From the NCBI RefSeq assembly GCF_009914755.1, contig NC_060947.1: 64,000 nucleotides of DNA; one strand, written 5' to 3'. The position numbers were made by a program, and so were the translations under genes. The stretch is from the human T2T-CHM13v2.0 reference genome, Homo sapiens. Of the stretch, positions 60,800-64,000 are shown piece after piece (the stretch's first letter is position 1; each line of letters starts with the position of its first letter). The notes below the pieces were generated by a model, which was given only the letters and a program-made list of their open reading frames with translations, did not search any database and had not been told where the DNA came from.

Positions 60800-62330
60800 C
60801 TTTTTAGGATTGATGAAAATGCGGTAATAAACACAGAACACAGGGAGAAATAAACATGGGAAGAAAACTTCTGATGAATTATTGCTCAGTGATTATTTTA
60901 CTTGATCTTAATACTGTTCAAACATTTATTTGCCCTGATTTATTGCCTTAGGTTTTATAAAGAGTATATATATATTTCTCCTATATTTTGCTACATTTTT
61001 ATAATAGAAATGTTCATTGAGATCTTGTAAGGAGATAAAAATATCGTATTTTTATGATCTTAGCATCATGTCCATTTGTAGCCCTATATTACCAGAATTC
61101 AAATTATTTTGACAAGTGCATTGATATTATAGACTTATTAAAAATCCTCTTTTAATACATTGCTGTCATTAAGGTCTTGTCATTTTAATAATTCAGGTGT
61201 CGAAAGGAGAAAAAGTCATTAAAGATTTTAGTTGCTCACTATTATAAATAAGAGCTGCTGAGAAGAATATGGAAGTGAAGATCTTGTGTGGATAGATGTG
61301 TGCTTCACGACTTAGGTTTTCCTGCTGGTCTATTGGACAGGCCTTGGAATAGGAGATGGGAGGGCCTAGGTAGAATCAAGCTAAATGGAAAGCACTAGTC
61401 ATCAGGCAAAGTTACCTTGAAAAAGCAGTTACTTTTATCTGCATGTCCCAAAGAATGAAGACCAAGAGAAATTATTGGTCGGCAATGTTTTGTTTTTTTA
61501 AAGTGAAAAATTTTCAAAGGGTCTTAACAGTTATAAATGCGTTTTCAAACGAAAGGCATATAATACACCCCCCACACACGAAAATATTAGCATGCTACCA
61601 ATGTTTTCAAACTTTGATAAGAATATTTTTCCTGTTATGAGCACTCATCTAAAATATGTACAACTGTACTTGATTACGTGTGTTTCTTTTAGGATTTTAT
61701 GCATGGAACCTACTTCTTCTTAAAGGACAAAGTAACAGGTTGTGTACACCAATGTTAACAAGCATTTATTGAATTCCTAGTATATACCAAGTGCTTGATA
61801 ACATTGATTCACATCAGCTATGCCTGGGCATAAAAAAGGTTAAAATGTTTAGATATTTGTTTGTAGAAACTTGCCTTTTGTATTCTTTATTTAAAAAACA
61901 AACTTGTGGAAAATTTTATTAATAGAAACCAAGGCAATATGATTTATCTTTATTAATTTGATCATTCTTAGTTTTCTATACCTATGAATCATATCCTGAA
62001 AATTGTTTATATAATTTCCTCATAACTTTGCTGATTTTTTTAAGAAACATATGGAGTGCTTATTTTTGTAACTGCATGCCTTTTTACTTTATAAAATCCA
62101 TGTATCTGTCATGTCTTTGGAACTGGTGGTGCTATAGGCATTGTCCTTTCATATTCACTAGTCAGTTCTAATTTATTCTTTGTATTTAGCAAATGTTTTC
62201 AGACAAAACATACTGTAAACAAGCAACTGGACTGAATTCTCTGGGGGATTAAAAAAGATGAACAATCTACCACCTCTGCTATTAAATACCTTGCAAAAAA
62301 TAAGTGATATGAGATATCATACATGTATAG

Positions 62331-62816
62331 TATATTACTTTCCTATTGTAGCTGTAACAGATCACCACAAATTTAGTGTCTTAAAACAACACAAATTTAT
62401 TATCTTATGGTGATGAAGGTCAGAAGTTCTAAAATCCAGGTATCAGCAGGGATGCATTCCTTTAGGAGGCTCCAGGGAAGAATCTGTTTTCTTGCTGTTC
62501 CCAGCTTCTAGAAACCACCTGTATTACTTGTCTTGTTGCTCCTTCCTGAACTCAAAATCATCAGCATAGCATCTTCCAGTCTCTGTAACCTTTACTTCTA
62601 CTGTCACATCTCCTTCTCTGACTCTGACTTTCCTGCCTCCCTCCTGTAAATATCCTTGTGATTACATTGGGCCCACCACTTTAATCCAGAATGATCTCTC
62701 CATCTCATGATCCTTAACTTAATCATACCTTCTAGGTTCCTTTTGCCACTTAACAGTCACAGGTTCTAGGAATTAAGATATGGACATCTTTGGAGAGTCA
62801 TTATTCTGTCAATCAC
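62331..62816 (-). mobile_element. MLT1D-like solo LTR
   Basis: ttcctattgtagctgtaacag...cttgtgattacattgggcccac...cattattctgtcaatcaca. Confidence 0.85.
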
Positions 62817-64000
62817 AGTGGTATATTAGAGTAGCTTTTACATAAAATAGTTTGATATGGATGGAATACATCTATATCAGGGCACAGTACAGAATAAGTG
62901 ATGAGGGAGTGTCAGGAGAAAAGGTGGAAAAAGATAGATGGGAGCCATATCACAAGGACTTTGTATGACATGACAAGAAATGCTAATATTATGCTCTAGG
63001 AAGTCAGGAACCATTGAAGAAATTGCAGCAGAGCTTAGTAGGAATAACCTGACCAGATAGATTGGAAAGAGCTCTAAGACAAGAGAGTGGGAAATGAGGC
63101 CAGTAGTCCAGGTAAGAAAGTCATGAACTGAGCCAGTAACAGCAGGAATAAAAGAAAGAGAGATGGATTTGATTGCTAGTAAAAACTGGAAGTAATAAAA
63201 ACTAGCAGGTGATTGTACAGTGAAGAGAGGGAGGTGGAAGGTAATTCCAGCTGCTTTTATTAAGTTAAAAATTCTGTTGAGAACTAGTAGCTAATGTTAT
63301 ATTTCTAGTCTATATTTTTCCTGGTCAAATACATTTTTGGGTTTTCAAAATGATGTATCTTTTGCAGTGTGGATTCCGACTGACAAATTGTACATCTGAA
63401 ATAAAAATCTGCGTTTGGGTCCACTGTAGGGTTCTTTCAAATGTCTTCTACCCTTGTGCCTATAATGAAGTATTGTATCAATGGGTCTTGCCTTGATAAT
63501 CTCAGTGAAGAACTTCAAGTTAACACAGGGAGAAGCTTTTTATTTTTTTAAGATGTCAAGTTTCTTTTAGTATGTAGTGCTAAATTGTGGTATACCTACA
63601 TGCATACACACATATGCACATGTATCCACTCAAATATACACACAGTTAACTATTAATTCACAAAACACACTTGTATTGCAGCTTTCCTATATGCCAGTTG
63701 CTGAGGATTCAAAAACAATAAGAATATATGATCGCTGCATTTTAAAAATATCTGTTTTATTTACCTAACTAAATAGTATAAGCTCGTTGAGTATAAAAAC
63801 ATCTTTATCCGTTTTTATATGTATACATATATGTATGTATATATATATATATCTTTTGTAATCGCTATGCTTAAAAGAGTCATTGCATAATCAGTACTCA
63901 GTACATCTTTGTATTTCATTTCTGGATTTAAGAACACTGAAAAATCTCATCACAGCACTCTCTATTTTCCTGTGGCAATGTACATGCATGTCATAACTCT

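Overview
AT-rich, repeat-dense human genomic DNA; an AluYb8 copy points to human specifically. The only coding feature I can support is one 106-nt exon at 47296-47401 (+): 24 nt of 5'UTR plus 82 coding nt giving [28 protein letters not shown] recognise this as the N-terminus of IL1RAPL1 (Xp21-22), exon 2, so the window is the end of intron 1, exon 2 and the start of intron 2. The rest is mostly transposon-derived: 13 Alus, L1 fragments, a full-length THE1 provirus with TSD, MLT1 LTRs, MER/MADE1 DNA elements, MIR/L2 remnants and microsatellites. The ORF track looks spurious and misses the real exon. I see no support for a new gene system. The most unusual structure is a composite at 22.4-23.4 kb (half Alu / ~330-bp inverted copy of unique DNA from 25.7-26.0 kb / 5'-truncated L1 / half MER58B). 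It looks like an L1 insertion with target deletion and templated capture. Also notable are a twin-primed inverted L1 and several local template-switch mosaics. Repeat subfamily calls and old-repeat boundaries are by eye and approximate.
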